From an uncultured Chlamydiae bacterium (GTDB lineage: Bacteria > Chlamydiota > Chlamydiia > Chlamydiales > JAJFMA01), in assembly GCA_963713615.1 (NCBI GenBank), contig CAVQMM010000001.1, positions 2,560,001-2,624,000 of the forward strand: 64,000 nucleotides of DNA, written 5' to 3'. The position numbers and the translations under genes were made by a program. Every line of letters starts with the position of its first letter. Within the stretch, counting starts at the first letter, position 1. Below, piece after piece: positions 1-10,032 of the stretch. The notes below the pieces were generated by a model. It was not told the DNA's origin. It saw nothing but the letters and a program-made list of their open reading frames with translations, and searched no databases.

Positions 1-165
1 ACTACTGATCCGTTTGATCCGCAGACACGTCAGGCATTGGTAGACCTACTAGAGTATGCAGACAAAGTCAAATTTGCCAAGGAACATGCCACACCAGAAA
101 ACTGCAAAACAGCTTTAGCCTATGCTCAAAAGTTTGTCAGTAGGCAAAGGGACATAAGGGACTAA
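1..165 (+). CDS. 3' end of a CDS running in from the left edge (hypothetical, BatD/DUF4381-like C-terminus)
   Basis: Frame 1 is open from base 1 to TAA at 163-165 (...LVDLLEYADKVKFAKEHATPENCKTALAYAQKFV...). The family guess rests only on the AD.VKFAK motif. Confidence 0.5.
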   Translation, partial: TTDPFDPQTRQALVDLLEYADKVKFAKEHATPENCKTALAYAQKFVSRQRDIRD

Positions 166-176
166 AAGGACGTAAG

Positions 177-597
177 GAGGTAACTACAGAAGTATTTGGG
201 CTCTCATGGATCGATTCTTTGAAAAAAAAATCACTTTTTTTTGTGAGAAGGCGATTCTGGAGAGCTTAAGTGGTATGGCACTATCCAGTCTGGAAAGACA
301 GGCGTTTCTCCCTTCCCAGGCCCGAAGGGTCGATATTGCAACAGGCCATGGTATATGCCAGGAAGGGATTTCGCAGTCTGAAGGACTGCTACAAGACGCC
401 AGTTTACAAACGCCATTTATGCATGCGCTTTATGGCAGCCCTACAGGCTGCTAAAACCGTTTTGGCATATACCATGGCGATGCCATGGCCTGTTGCAATA
501 TCGACCCTTCGGGCCTGGGAAGGGAATGACTCTCTCTTCACCGGCATCCGATTTTCAGGAAATTGACTTCGGAAAATCGGACTTCTGCAATTACCTC
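177..597. mobile_element. MITE-like palindromic element, family A (solo copy)
   Basis: Ends GAGGTAACTACAGAAGT ... ACTTCTGCAATTACCTC form imperfect TIRs, with a long internal inverted repeat. Same element as 26679-27004 and the 40817-43362 array. No transposase. Confidence 0.8.
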
Positions 598-666
598 TAA
601 GGGACTTGTAAGAAGTTGCCTCTTAAGTCCTTTTTTTAACCATTCCGCTAATTTTAAGGAGAAGTT

Positions 667-1026
667 ATGCCCAAGGAATTAAAGCCCACAGTAGCCATGG
701 AGGACTCCTTCGATCTCCTAGACATTCGTGTTGGACGAGTCCTAGAAGTCGAGTTGGAGCCTTCGGCGCCTAAACGTTCCTATCGTCTTAAAATCGATTT
801 TGGGGGCTATGGCATCAAGACAAGTGTTGCGCGCCTGACACAGCATCCTCCCGAGGAACTTAAGGGGAAGCTGGTATTGGCTGTTCTCAATTTTCCGCCG
901 CGAAAGGTGGGAGAAGTGATATCCGAAGTGCTTACTCTAGGAGTTCAGCTGCCAAAGGTCGATAGTGGAGAAGCCACGTACATCACCATAGTGCGTGATG
1001 TACGTCTTGGTAGCAAGCTATCTTAA
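667..1026 (+). CDS. csaA: tRNA-binding OB-fold protein (CsaA/Trbp111 family)
   Basis: LDIRVGRV..., NFPPRKVG..SEVLTLG motifs; 119 aa; RBS AAGGAG. Confidence 0.75.
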   Translation: MPKELKPTVAMEDSFDLLDIRVGRVLEVELEPSAPKRSYRLKIDFGGYGIKTSVARLTQHPPEELKGKLVLAVLNFPPRKVGEVISEVLTLGVQLPKVDSGEATYITIVRDVRLGSKLS

Positions 1027-1035
1027 ATTCAATTT

Positions 1036-1362
1036 CTATTGCGGAGGGTAGTAGGGCTCTTGAAAGTTCGGATCTCCCTGGTTTTGTGGCACTACGATCA
1101 CATCACCACCACTGCTCTGAGATTCCCCAGAATTGACCCCTCGTTGGTATGCGGCATCTGGGTGGTAGTAATCATTATCAGGTACACGACGATTCTGTCC
1201 CTGCTCTTGATGCTGGTAACTACCCTGCGAATGAAATTGACCTTCCCGTTCTCCACCACCTTCTCGGTAGGCTAATAAGGAAGGGTCCGAGGCCATCATA
1301 TTGGCAGAATAGATGCCAGATGCCAAGGACATGATCATTAGAGCTTTCAGTGATTTATTCAT
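1036..1362 (-). CDS. Small secreted low-complexity Q/Y/G/D-rich protein
   Basis: Signal-peptide-like N-terminus followed by SLLAYREGGGEREG; paralog of the adjacent gene. Confidence 0.7.
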   Translation of the reverse strand: MNKSLKALMIMSLASGIYSANMMASDPSLLAYREGGGEREGQFHSQGSYQHQEQGQNRRVPDNDYYHPDAAYQRGVNSGESQSSGGDVIVVPQNQGDPNFQEPYYPPQ

Positions 1363-1433
1363 AAATCCCCCTTAAAAACTACTAGGCATTACAGCCCAAT
1401 TATAACATATACTACTAATTTGGATAGCCTGAG

Positions 1434-1763
1434 TTATTCTTGTTCGTCAGCATCATCCCATTGATAATAAGGGTCTGTCTGCGCTGATGGCTCGTATTGA
1501 TTATTCGGTGCATTATAAGGGTCATATTGGAATGTTTGGGTGGGCCTAGCATAATCTTCGGCTTCATTCTGCATAATCAAACCTGGATCGTTGTAAACAC
1601 CCTCTCCATTGCGCCAGTTGTTGTCGTAGTAGCCTCGGCCTCGATCGTAGCCCCCTTCTCTCTCAAAGCCTCCATCTCGGTAAGCCAACAGAGAAGAGTC
1701 GGCATAGGACAGGAATGAGAGCAGGCCCACTAGCACTAGGGATTTTTTTAAATTTATTTTCAT
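1434..1763 (-). CDS. Small secreted low-complexity Y/D/N-rich protein
   Basis: Signal peptide (MKINLKKSLVLVGLL...) followed by SLLAYRDGGFEREGGYDR; RBS GGGAG before ATG at 1763. Confidence 0.7.
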   Translation of the reverse strand: MKINLKKSLVLVGLLSFLSYADSSLLAYRDGGFEREGGYDRGRGYYDNNWRNGEGVYNDPGLIMQNEAEDYARPTQTFQYDPYNAPNNQYEPSAQTDPYYQWDDADEQE

Positions 1764-1848
1764 GACAACTCCCATCATTTAATTGCTCATTGGTCCTTAT
1801 CTTTCTGATAGACCATCGGATGATTTCCATAAATGTTTTGTTCTACAA

Positions 1849-3852
1849 CTAACCCATGGTGAGCTCAAGCTGCTCATATTTCCGCAGTAGGTCGCGATAA
1901 TGTGCGGCATCCTCAAACCTCAACTCCTTGGATGCCGCCTTCATGAGCGCAGCATACTCCGCTATCTTGGACCTAATCTCTTCCGGAGTGATGTATGTGT
2001 GATGATGTTCCGCTGCAAACTTAACACCTCGTTCAGAAGTGTCGTATGACACTGCCTCGTCAAATTCAGCGATCAGCGGGGAAATATCACGCATTACACT
2101 CATCGGAGTGATGCCATGAACTTCATTGTAAGTCTGCTGTGCAGCACGTCGGCTATCGGTGATTTTGATGGTTTTGGCGATGGAATTGGTGATCTTGTCG
2201 GCATACATGATCACGCGCCCCTGAGCATTTCGAGCTGCGCGACCGCATGTCTGTACCAACGCAGTCTCACTACGCAGAAAGCCTTCTTTATCAGCATCTA
2301 AGATAGCTACCAACGAAACCTCGGGGATGTCGAGGCCTTCTCGTAGAAGGTTGATGCCCACAAGGACGTCGAATTCGCCTTTGCGGAGGTCTAGAATAAT
2401 CTGCATGCGCTCTACGGTATCGATGTCCGAGTGCAGGTACTTGGCCTTGATATGTAACTCCGTTAGGTAATTGGTCAAATCCTCAGCCAAACGCTTGGTC
2501 AGTGTGGTGACCAATACCCGCCCCCCTTTGCTGGTGTGGCGATGGATCTCATCGAGGCAATCATCCACCTGTCCGGAAGCGGGCCGAATCTCTATCGTCG
2601 GATCTAGTAAGCCTGTAGGACGCACAACCTGCTCAATGATTTCACCGCCAGCCTCCAAAATCTCCCAAGGGGCCGGGGTTGCTGATACATAGATCACCTG
2701 ACGAATCTTGGCATGCCACTCCTCAAACTTGAGCGGTCGGTTATCGAAAGCCGAAGGCAACCGCCACCCAAACTCCACTAGCGTTTGCTTACGAGCTCGA
2801 TCACCATTGTACATCGCCCGCACCTGCGGAACGGTTTGGTGCGACTCGTCCACAAACAGGAGAAAATCCTCCGGAAAATAGTCGAATAGGCACGGAGGCG
2901 CAGAGCCAGGAGCCCGACGGCTAAAGTGGCGTGAGTAGTTCTCAATACCTTTGCAAAAACCAATTTCGCGCATCATTTCGAGGTCATACATGGTCCGTTG
3001 ATGGATGCGTTCACGTTCTAAAATTTTCTGATTGTCTTCATAAAACTTAAGGCGCTCGGCGAGTTCCTCCTTGATGGTGATCTGAGCATGTTCCCGAACT
3101 TCTTCGGGGGTGACGTGGTGCGATCCGGGATAAATCGTGACCTCTTGGACGCGTTTGATGACCTTTCCGGTCAGGGGGTCGATCTCACTGATACGCTCAA
3201 CCTCATCGCCAAAGAATTCAATACGCAGAGCCATGTCATCTTCATAAGCTGGAAAGATGTCCAAAACATCGCCTCGAACCCGAAAGGTACCGCGATGGAA
3301 GTCGATATCATTGCGCTTGTATTGCAGTTCTACAAGATGCAACAGCAGCTCATCTCGACGATATTCCTGACCCATCACAAGGTTGAAGCGCATCTGTCGC
3401 CAATATTCCGGCATGCCCAAACCGTATATGCAGGACACCGAAGCAACGATGATAACGTCTGAGCGCTCCAGAAGAGATCGGGTGGCGCTAAGGCGCATCT
3501 TGTCGATCTTTTCATTGATCGCCATATCTTTTTCAATGAACGTGTCGGTACGTGGGATATAGGCTTCAGGCTGATAGTAGTCGTAGTAGGAGACAAAGTA
3601 CTCCACAGCGTTGTCAGGAAAGAAACCTTTGAATTCTTGATAAAGCTGTGCGGCCAAGGTTTTATTGTGGGCCATGACGAGGGTTGGACGCTGCACTTTG
3701 GAGATGATATTGGCCATGGTAAAGGTTTTACCAGAGCCAGTAACCCCCAAGAGAACCTGAGCTTTGCGGTTATCTAGAAGGCCCTGGGAGAGCTTCTCGA
3801 TAGCCTGTGGCTGATCACCTGCTGGTGCATAGTCTGACCGCAATAAAAACAT
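1849..3852 (-). CDS. uvrB: Excinuclease ABC subunit B
   Basis: [41 protein letters not shown]-terminal UVR motif. The start could instead be 3864. Confidence 0.98.
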   Translation of the reverse strand: MFLLRSDYAPAGDQPQAIEKLSQGLLDNRKAQVLLGVTGSGKTFTMANIISKVQRPTLVMAHNKTLAAQLYQEFKGFFPDNAVEYFVSYYDYYQPEAYIPRTDTFIEKDMAINEKIDKMRLSATRSLLERSDVIIVASVSCIYGLGMPEYWRQMRFNLVMGQEYRRDELLLHLVELQYKRNDIDFHRGTFRVRGDVLDIFPAYEDDMALRIEFFGDEVERISEIDPLTGKVIKRVQEVTIYPGSHHVTPEEVREHAQITIKEELAERLKFYEDNQKILERERIHQRTMYDLEMMREIGFCKGIENYSRHFSRRAPGSAPPCLFDYFPEDFLLFVDESHQTVPQVRAMYNGDRARKQTLVEFGWRLPSAFDNRPLKFEEWHAKIRQVIYVSATPAPWEILEAGGEIIEQVVRPTGLLDPTIEIRPASGQVDDCLDEIHRHTSKGGRVLVTTLTKRLAEDLTNYLTELHIKAKYLHSDIDTVERMQIILDLRKGEFDVLVGINLLREGLDIPEVSLVAILDADKEGFLRSETALVQTCGRAARNAQGRVIMYADKITNSIAKTIKITDSRRAAQQTYNEVHGITPMSVMRDISPLIAEFDEAVSYDTSERGVKFAAEHHHTYITPEEIRSKIAEYAALMKAASKELRFEDAAHYRDLLRKYEQLELTMG

Positions 3853-3881
3853 AAATCTATCCATTGTAAAACAAAAAGTTC

Positions 3882-3949
3882 ATGGACTAATTGGACAAAA
3901 AGAAAAAGTCCATTTTGTCCAGTTCGTCCAATCAGTCCAATTAGTCCAT
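3882..3949. repeat. GGAC/GTCC 9-mer palindromic repeat (family C)
   Basis: ATGGACTAATTGGAC...GTCCAATTAGTCCAT; related copies at 57841-57928 and 8138-8180. Confidence 0.7.
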
Positions 3950-3963
3950 AAACACCTGTTTCA

Positions 3964-5043
3964 TCATCCATCTTTTCTAACGCCAATCCGCTCGGCCCGC
4001 TCGCGGGCCATGCGAGAGATCTTATTCCATGCACCGCGCAATCCCATGGCAGAGCGCATCTCATTGATCGTATCGTTGCCGATATCAATCATTTTGAGGG
4101 TACCTTCATAGAGGATCTGCTCAACGAGACCCTTATCCTGAGCGTATTCAACGCGCCGTTTGCGCAGGGGTTCCAAGAAGGCGTTTAGCGCGATTGCAAG
4201 CTTCTTCTTGACCTCCACATCCCCAACAGTACCCGCTTGATAACGTTCCTTGAGGTCAGCCACTTCATCTTTGAGTGGATTGAAGATATCGTGGTAAACG
4301 AATACGGGGTTCCCCTCGATAGTTCCTGGTATATGTGCATGCACACGATTGGGATCCGTATACATCGCCCCAACCTTCTTATTGACGGATTTTTCATCGT
4401 CCGACAGAAAGATGGAATTACCGGCCGATTTGCTCATTTTACCCTTGCCGTCGGTACCAATTAAAGAGGGTACTTCAGTAGGAAGGAAGCCGGGAAGAGG
4501 AAAAACCTCGCCATAGCTCTGGTTAAAGCGTCGGGCAATATCGCGAGCCAGTTCTATGTGCGCTTCGTTGTCGCGTCCCACAGGTACCAAAGTGGCCTTT
4601 GGCAGAAGGATATCGGCAGACATCAGAACCGGATAACCGATCAGCCCAAAGGGAACACTGTCGGGGTCCATGTGTGCATTACGCGCCATTTCCTTAATGC
4701 TGGGAAGTCCAGTTAAACGATTGATGGAGATGAGCATTTCAAAGATCAAATTCATCTCATAGATAGCTGGCAGGGCGGACTGTATGTAGAGAGTGCATTT
4801 AGAAGGATCGATGCCGCAAGCGAGATAATCGAGGACCATCTCTCGAGTGTGTTCGCGAATCTGCAAGATGGCTTCTTTGTCAGGCTTGGTGGTCAACATA
4901 TGTAGATCAGCCACAAAGAAGTAGCAGTCATACTTCTCCTGCAAAGCGATGCGGTTGACAATAGACCCTACATAATGCCCTAGATGGAGAAGCCCTGTGG
5001 GTCTGTCCCCTGTAACGACGATATTCTTCTTTTCTTCAGTCAT
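3964..5043 (-). CDS. trpS: Tryptophanyl-tRNA synthetase
   Basis: TGDRPTG.LHLGH, YPVLMSADIL, VPVG.D, KMSKS. Confidence 0.97.
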   Translation of the reverse strand: MTEEKKNIVVTGDRPTGLLHLGHYVGSIVNRIALQEKYDCYFFVADLHMLTTKPDKEAILQIREHTREMVLDYLACGIDPSKCTLYIQSALPAIYEMNLIFEMLISINRLTGLPSIKEMARNAHMDPDSVPFGLIGYPVLMSADILLPKATLVPVGRDNEAHIELARDIARRFNQSYGEVFPLPGFLPTEVPSLIGTDGKGKMSKSAGNSIFLSDDEKSVNKKVGAMYTDPNRVHAHIPGTIEGNPVFVYHDIFNPLKDEVADLKERYQAGTVGDVEVKKKLAIALNAFLEPLRKRRVEYAQDKGLVEQILYEGTLKMIDIGNDTINEMRSAMGLRGAWNKISRMARERAERIGVRKDG

Positions 5044-5052
5044 AGCACACCC

Positions 5053-6282
5053 CTAAAAGACAAACTGGTGGAGAAGACCAGTCTTATTTACTGTCTCAAC
5101 AATAATAATTACCAGTGATACCACCATCACGGCCACAAGTGCAAGCTTGCCGCCAGGTACCTGATAGTGCTCGCTAGAACTTAGTTTTAAACGATAACGT
5201 CCCCACCAGACCATCAGAGCTGGAAGCAATGCCAACAAGATGACAACTCCATAGGCTCCGGCATATTCCAATGCTGTAAAGAAGGCTCTTGGGCTCGTAA
5301 GGGCAAAGAGCAGTGGGGGTACGAAGGTCAAAGCATAGAGCAACACGCGCCCACGCGCATCGTTGCCAATTTTGAATCCATCGGCCAAGCAATCCCAAAG
5401 GCTTAACGATACGCCTAAAAAGGAGGTCGTCACGGCTAGAATGAGAAAACAACGCGCCAGCACATGAATCGTCGCACTACCCAGCAGATGAGTGAGTAAC
5501 ACCGGACCACTTGTACCATCAAAAAAGCCTTGGCGAATTCCAAAAGGCCCTTCAATAGGGATCACTCCCAACGCTACTGCTTGCCAGACGGTGTAGATGA
5601 CCATCGGTGCAATAGAACCGATCAGCAAGACGCGTTTCAATTTTGCCACATCGCGTTCCAAGTAGGTCGTCAATGTTGGAATGATGATGTGATAACCAAA
5701 GGAGGTTAGCACCACCGATGCTCCCACCAGCGTATATTTCCAGTTGGCATGAGCCAACAAGCTTGGATCAATGTCGGGGACCAATACAAAAGTCATGATC
5801 ACAAAGACAACCACCATGGCAACCATTAGCCAACGGTTGAAATGATCCACAGCGTGCGCACCGCGATAGACGAAAAAGCTGAAGAGAGCGAGTAGCGGCA
5901 AAGGACCAATCCAAGAAGGTAGGTCGAACCCAAAACCCACATCGACAACCTCCTTGAAGAGCTGTCCGCTAACGGCCACATAGGCTGTGGTGAGGGCATA
6001 TAGGAGGAAAAGGTAGCTAGCCCAAGCAAAAAGTCGTCCTGTTTTACCCAAGGTGCGCTTTGCCATCGTGATCATATTGGCGTTGCTGGTCATCCACAGG
6101 TTCACTTCGAGAATGAGAAATGCTGTATAGGTCAGGAACAGCCAAGCAAAGATAAAGACCACTTGAGCCGGAAAAAAACCCGCCAGGCCGGTAGCAACCG
6201 GTAGGGCTAACATAGCCGCTCCAATGGCTGTTCCCGCAACGAGGAGAACACCCCCTGTGACCTTACTACTGCGATGTATCAT
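5053..6282 (-). CDS. tyrP: Aromatic amino acid permease (TyrP/Mtr family)
   Basis: GGVLLVAGTAIGAAMLALP, SFGYH.IIP, about 11 TM segments; start adjusted to ATG 6282. Confidence 0.88.
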   Translation of the reverse strand: MIHRSSKVTGGVLLVAGTAIGAAMLALPVATGLAGFFPAQVVFIFAWLFLTYTAFLILEVNLWMTSNANMITMAKRTLGKTGRLFAWASYLFLLYALTTAYVAVSGQLFKEVVDVGFGFDLPSWIGPLPLLALFSFFVYRGAHAVDHFNRWLMVAMVVVFVIMTFVLVPDIDPSLLAHANWKYTLVGASVVLTSFGYHIIIPTLTTYLERDVAKLKRVLLIGSIAPMVIYTVWQAVALGVIPIEGPFGIRQGFFDGTSGPVLLTHLLGSATIHVLARCFLILAVTTSFLGVSLSLWDCLADGFKIGNDARGRVLLYALTFVPPLLFALTSPRAFFTALEYAGAYGVVILLALLPALMVWWGRYRLKLSSSEHYQVPGGKLALVAVMVVSLVIIIVETVNKTGLLHQFVF

Positions 6283-6301
6283 GATATATCCTCGTGTATG
6301 A

Positions 6302-7537
6302 TTATGCTGGAATCCATCCCAGCTCCCGAGCAAGCTGCAACACCACCACCGCACTGGCAAAGAGTATGACGATAATAAGTGTCACCTTTCCTCCTGGCAC
6401 CAGTGGCTTACTGACGTAATCACGCCGGTAACGGCATACCCACACCATTAAGGCAGGAATAATACCAAATAGGATGACAGCACCAAAGGCCCCAGCATAG
6501 TTGAGGGCGGTAAGGAATACTCCCGGATAGGTAATACCGATAAGATAGGGGGGACCTAGTGTCAACAAACATAGCAAAGCACGGCCCTTACTGTCGCGAC
6601 GGATGTTGAGACCATCGGAAAGGAAGTCAACAAAGCTCAAGGCTACGCTAAGAAGGGAAGTAATGATAGCAAAAAAACCAAAATACTCGGCCAACGTCAC
6701 GACCCAGGCAGACCCTACAGCATTCCTTAGGGCGGAAGTAGCCATGTTACCTTGCTGAAGAGCCTGACGAAAACCGGCCTCTCCTTCTACCGGAACGATC
6801 CCCAGAATAATCCATTCCCAGACAAGGTAGATCACCAATGGGATACCGCTACCTAATAAAATAGCCGTTTTAAGACGACGCGGATGAGCGGTCCCAAGAT
6901 AATAAGTAATACTAGGGACTAGGTTGTGATAGCCGAATGAAATAATCATCGGAGGCACGACAAACCAGGCGGCATTCCAATCCACGTGCTTGAGGTAGTC
7001 GGTATGCACATGACTGGAGCCCATTGTTACTAGCCCCACATAGGTGATGATGAGTCCACACATAAGAACGCGATTGAAATAATCGACGCGCGAGGTCCCT
7101 GAGTAGATGAGGATGCCGAACAGTAGAACACAGATCAAACTACCCGTCCAAGGGGCCATGGTAAAGCCAAGCACCTCATGAGCCATGGTAGAGATAAGAC
7201 TGCCACTTCCCACCACATAAGCAAGCATCACGGAATAGAACAAAAAGAGAAAGAGAAGCCAGCTCAACACCTTGCCATAAATGCCTAGGGTGCGATCAGC
7301 CATGGTGACAATTCCGGCGATGTCACCGAAGATGATATTCACCTCGAGGAGTAACAGTCCTGTAGTCACCATAAATAGCCAGGAAAGCACAAACATCAGC
7401 ACAGATGGCTGAAAACCCGCCAACGCTGTAAGCACGGGCAGACCAAGCATTGCGGCGCCAATACAACATCCGGAAATGAGTAGGGCACTACCAAGGACGC
7501 TGCCTTGAAGGGGAGGCTGAGGGGTTAAAGTTTCCAT
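6302..7537 (-). CDS. tyrP: Aromatic amino acid permease (TyrP/Mtr family), second paralog
   Basis: GSALLISGCCIGAAMLGLP, SFGYHNLVP; tandem pair as in Chlamydia. Confidence 0.88.
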   Translation of the reverse strand: METLTPQPPLQGSVLGSALLISGCCIGAAMLGLPVLTALAGFQPSVLMFVLSWLFMVTTGLLLLEVNIIFGDIAGIVTMADRTLGIYGKVLSWLLFLFLFYSVMLAYVVGSGSLISTMAHEVLGFTMAPWTGSLICVLLFGILIYSGTSRVDYFNRVLMCGLIITYVGLVTMGSSHVHTDYLKHVDWNAAWFVVPPMIISFGYHNLVPSITYYLGTAHPRRLKTAILLGSGIPLVIYLVWEWIILGIVPVEGEAGFRQALQQGNMATSALRNAVGSAWVVTLAEYFGFFAIITSLLSVALSFVDFLSDGLNIRRDSKGRALLCLLTLGPPYLIGITYPGVFLTALNYAGAFGAVILFGIIPALMVWVCRYRRDYVSKPLVPGGKVTLIIVILFASAVVVLQLARELGWIPA

Positions 7538-7638
7538 ATGGGTTAACTCCTGGCATGCTGCCGAAAAAACTCAGGCGGCAGGGTTTCAATTTGGCTAAGG
7601 TCTGTTGAAAAAAAACAAGGTGGCAGAGGGCTGCAAGA

Positions 7639-7731
7639 TTAGGCGTAACAACGCCAACCCCAACCCAAACTAAATCGGACATGGGCAAGTGGAATAATAA
7701 CGAATGATGATGTACTTAAGCGCTGTGTCAT
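7639..7731 (-). CDS. Putative Trp/aromatic-sensing leader peptide (30 aa, MTQRLSTSSFVIIPLAHVRFSLGWGWRCYA)
   Basis: Hand translation. RBS-like AAGGT upstream; ends WGWRCYA; lies about 100 nt upstream of tyrP-tyrP-trpS, followed by C-rich tracts, small hairpins and U-runs. Confidence 0.6.
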   Translation of the reverse strand: MTQRLSTSSFVIIPLAHVRFSLGWGWRCYA

Positions 7732-7858
7732 TGAACTACCTTAAAGAAAAAGGATATCTCATAGACTCGCTTTTGGTCAAATACTGCTTGATGAAGATCA
7801 GAGGAATTTTGAGCCGTGACATATATATATGGTTCTTGTGAAGAATTGGGCTTTGGAA

Positions 7859-8084
7859 TCACAATAGTGTCTCGGCGCGTAGCGCTTTGGAGTGCGCGTC
7901 GCTCGCGACCGCTTTGGGTTTGGGCGAGCCTCTTGAATCACGCATCGTTCTATGGAGCCTCAAACCCCCACAATTACCCCTAGAGCGGAAGGTCATGTTT
8001 CGTGTAATGCCTAGTTCACCCAAATCCAAAGCGGTCGCGAGCGACACGCACTCCAAAGCACTACGCGCCGAGAAACGATTGTGA
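7859..8084. repeat. REP-doublet (REPIN-like) element, family B
   Basis: TCACAAT..CTCGGCGCG.AGCGCTTTGGAGTGCG...CGCACTCCAAAGC..CGCGCCGAG..CGATTGTGA inverted arms; near-identical to 49003-49228. Confidence 0.85.
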
Positions 8085-8204
8085 GGGCTTTATTAATTCA
8101 TCTGACATCTCAAAAGAATTCTGCAATCGTCACAGCTGGACAAAAAAAAAGTGAAGTCCATTTGTCCATACTGTCCATACATGTTCTGGCTAACAAACCG
8201 CAGT

Positions 8205-9851
8205 TTACCCCTGACCTTGGCGCTGCTGCTTTTCGACTTGGCGCTGCTCTTGGCCGAGTCGGCCAAGCTCATAGCCATCGTAATCCACAAATTTGAAGAA
8301 GCGTTCAAACGCTGGCACAGCTGCGCACACCTGCTTAGCCATTTCCTGAGCGATCTGACGGTAAGTCGGATGCCCAGCAGCCGACGACCGCAGCTCACAG
8401 AGCCACTGTAACCCGCGCAAGTTCACGTGGAAGTACCAACGCATGTTGTAAGCCATCGGTACAAGGTATTGTGCTTCTTCCGGAAGATCTGACGCTATGG
8501 CATCGTAAACTCCCTTAGCACGAGTTAATGCTTCACAGTAGTCAGACTCAATCTCTGTGCCAACGATCTCTGGAGGTATCCAGAAGCCATAGGAACAAGT
8601 AATGCGCTGACGTTCTTGTGTGAGCATGCGATGACGATGTAGGTCGCGGTAGACACCAAAGTCAGCTAGGATTTCGAAGGTGAATTCAGCGTGCTCCAGA
8701 GCTCTGGGGGACTTGTGACGACGGTTTTCGCGCGAACTACAAGCGGCATCAAGAATGGTGGCCAGTTCTTCTTCCGTAAGCCCTTTGCAGTAGTTGCGAA
8801 GATCTTCGAGACTCTTGTCTGAATAGGCAAATAGCAATGCGGCCGCTACCTTGCTGACAGCATCTTTGTCATAACCGATGAGCTTCACACCAACTTCTGT
8901 AGGACCTGGAGTGAAATCTGTATTCTGCTCTGTAAGCAGCTTAAGCTGTGCTGCCATGGCCTCAGCATACTGAGCGAAGGCCTGATGGGTACGATGCTCA
9001 CAATCCGAACGACGCACGAAAGAAGGGATAACAATGCTGAGTTCCTCAAAAGAGCGTTTTCCAATCTCTTGGAGTTCCGCAAGATTGTTGCAGTGTAGCT
9101 TATGGATAAGTGACTCGAAAAAGCGCCCATTGCCATACATGCCCATGTTCGTCAGGGCTGAGGCTGGCAAGAGCCCCCTTAAGCAGTCGAGAACCTTTGC
9201 CCGTAAGGCCGCATTGTAGGCCACTTTGGAGACTTCCGACTCTTTGGGAAATCTCGCTTCCATAATCGCTGTCATCGGAGGAATCAACTTGCTGTAGGTG
9301 TCGAACAGCATGTTGCAGGTGTCTAAGTAGACATCGCGGAAGGCTGATGTCATCAGAATCGGTTCGCGATAGAACAGATACTCGCCCTTGACCTTCTGGT
9401 CGAAATAGATGTATCGCGTCGATTTTTCCAATGGCGAACCACCCACACGGCTGTCCTCAATGAGGTTAGCAGCCAACATGGAGATGTTTTCAATCGCCAA
9501 ATGTGCGCCGCCCAATTCGCCAATGGAGTCGTCGCCATAGCCATCCAAAATGCGGTCGTAGAAGTTCTGTGCGCGCTGTATGGCTAAGACCTGCGCTTCA
9601 GGATTCTCCTCGTCACCTTCGGAAACATGCCCAGTGATAGCCTGAAAGGCCGTTTCCTCATTATTCGTGATAAATTCCTTAAGGAGCAAAGATCGCAGAC
9701 CCAAAGTGGAGCGGGAATAGCGCGAAAAAAGGGCTCCCTTGATGACTTCGGGAAGGTTACGCAAGGCAAAGACATGACTACGCGTATTGGTCACATATCG
9801 TTCGAGGGTTTTAAGCTGACCCTCTGAAAATTCTTCATAATCGTCTAGCAT
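8205..9851 (-). CDS. thyX: FAD-dependent thymidylate synthase (long chlamydial two-domain type)
   Basis: YGDDSIGELG, EKSTRY, RDLHRHRMLTQER, ELRS..GHPTYR. Confidence 0.92.
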   Translation of the reverse strand: MLDDYEEFSEGQLKTLERYVTNTRSHVFALRNLPEVIKGALFSRYSRSTLGLRSLLLKEFITNNEETAFQAITGHVSEGDEENPEAQVLAIQRAQNFYDRILDGYGDDSIGELGGAHLAIENISMLAANLIEDSRVGGSPLEKSTRYIYFDQKVKGEYLFYREPILMTSAFRDVYLDTCNMLFDTYSKLIPPMTAIMEARFPKESEVSKVAYNAALRAKVLDCLRGLLPASALTNMGMYGNGRFFESLIHKLHCNNLAELQEIGKRSFEELSIVIPSFVRRSDCEHRTHQAFAQYAEAMAAQLKLLTEQNTDFTPGPTEVGVKLIGYDKDAVSKVAAALLFAYSDKSLEDLRNYCKGLTEEELATILDAACSSRENRRHKSPRALEHAEFTFEILADFGVYRDLHRHRMLTQERQRITCSYGFWIPPEIVGTEIESDYCEALTRAKGVYDAIASDLPEEAQYLVPMAYNMRWYFHVNLRGLQWLCELRSSAAGHPTYRQIAQEMAKQVCAAVPAFERFFKFVDYDGYELGRLGQEQRQVEKQQRQGQG

Positions 9852-10032
9852 GGGCCGTCCGATTCCTAAGCTATAGCTGTTTTTTGATGAGCAGAAACGT
9901 CAAGCGTGCCACAGAGTCGCCACTGTTTCAAGCAAAAACCGCTGCTGATGGATAATGGGGATCCTAATGAACGAGATTGGACAAACAACATTCAAAATGT
10001 TAAATTGTCCACTATTCTATGATGAGGCCCAG

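Noticed and set aside
7859..8084. ORFs MECASLATAL.../MECVSLATAL... (also at 49003-49245)
   Set aside because: Mirror-image ORFs produced by the family B palindrome.
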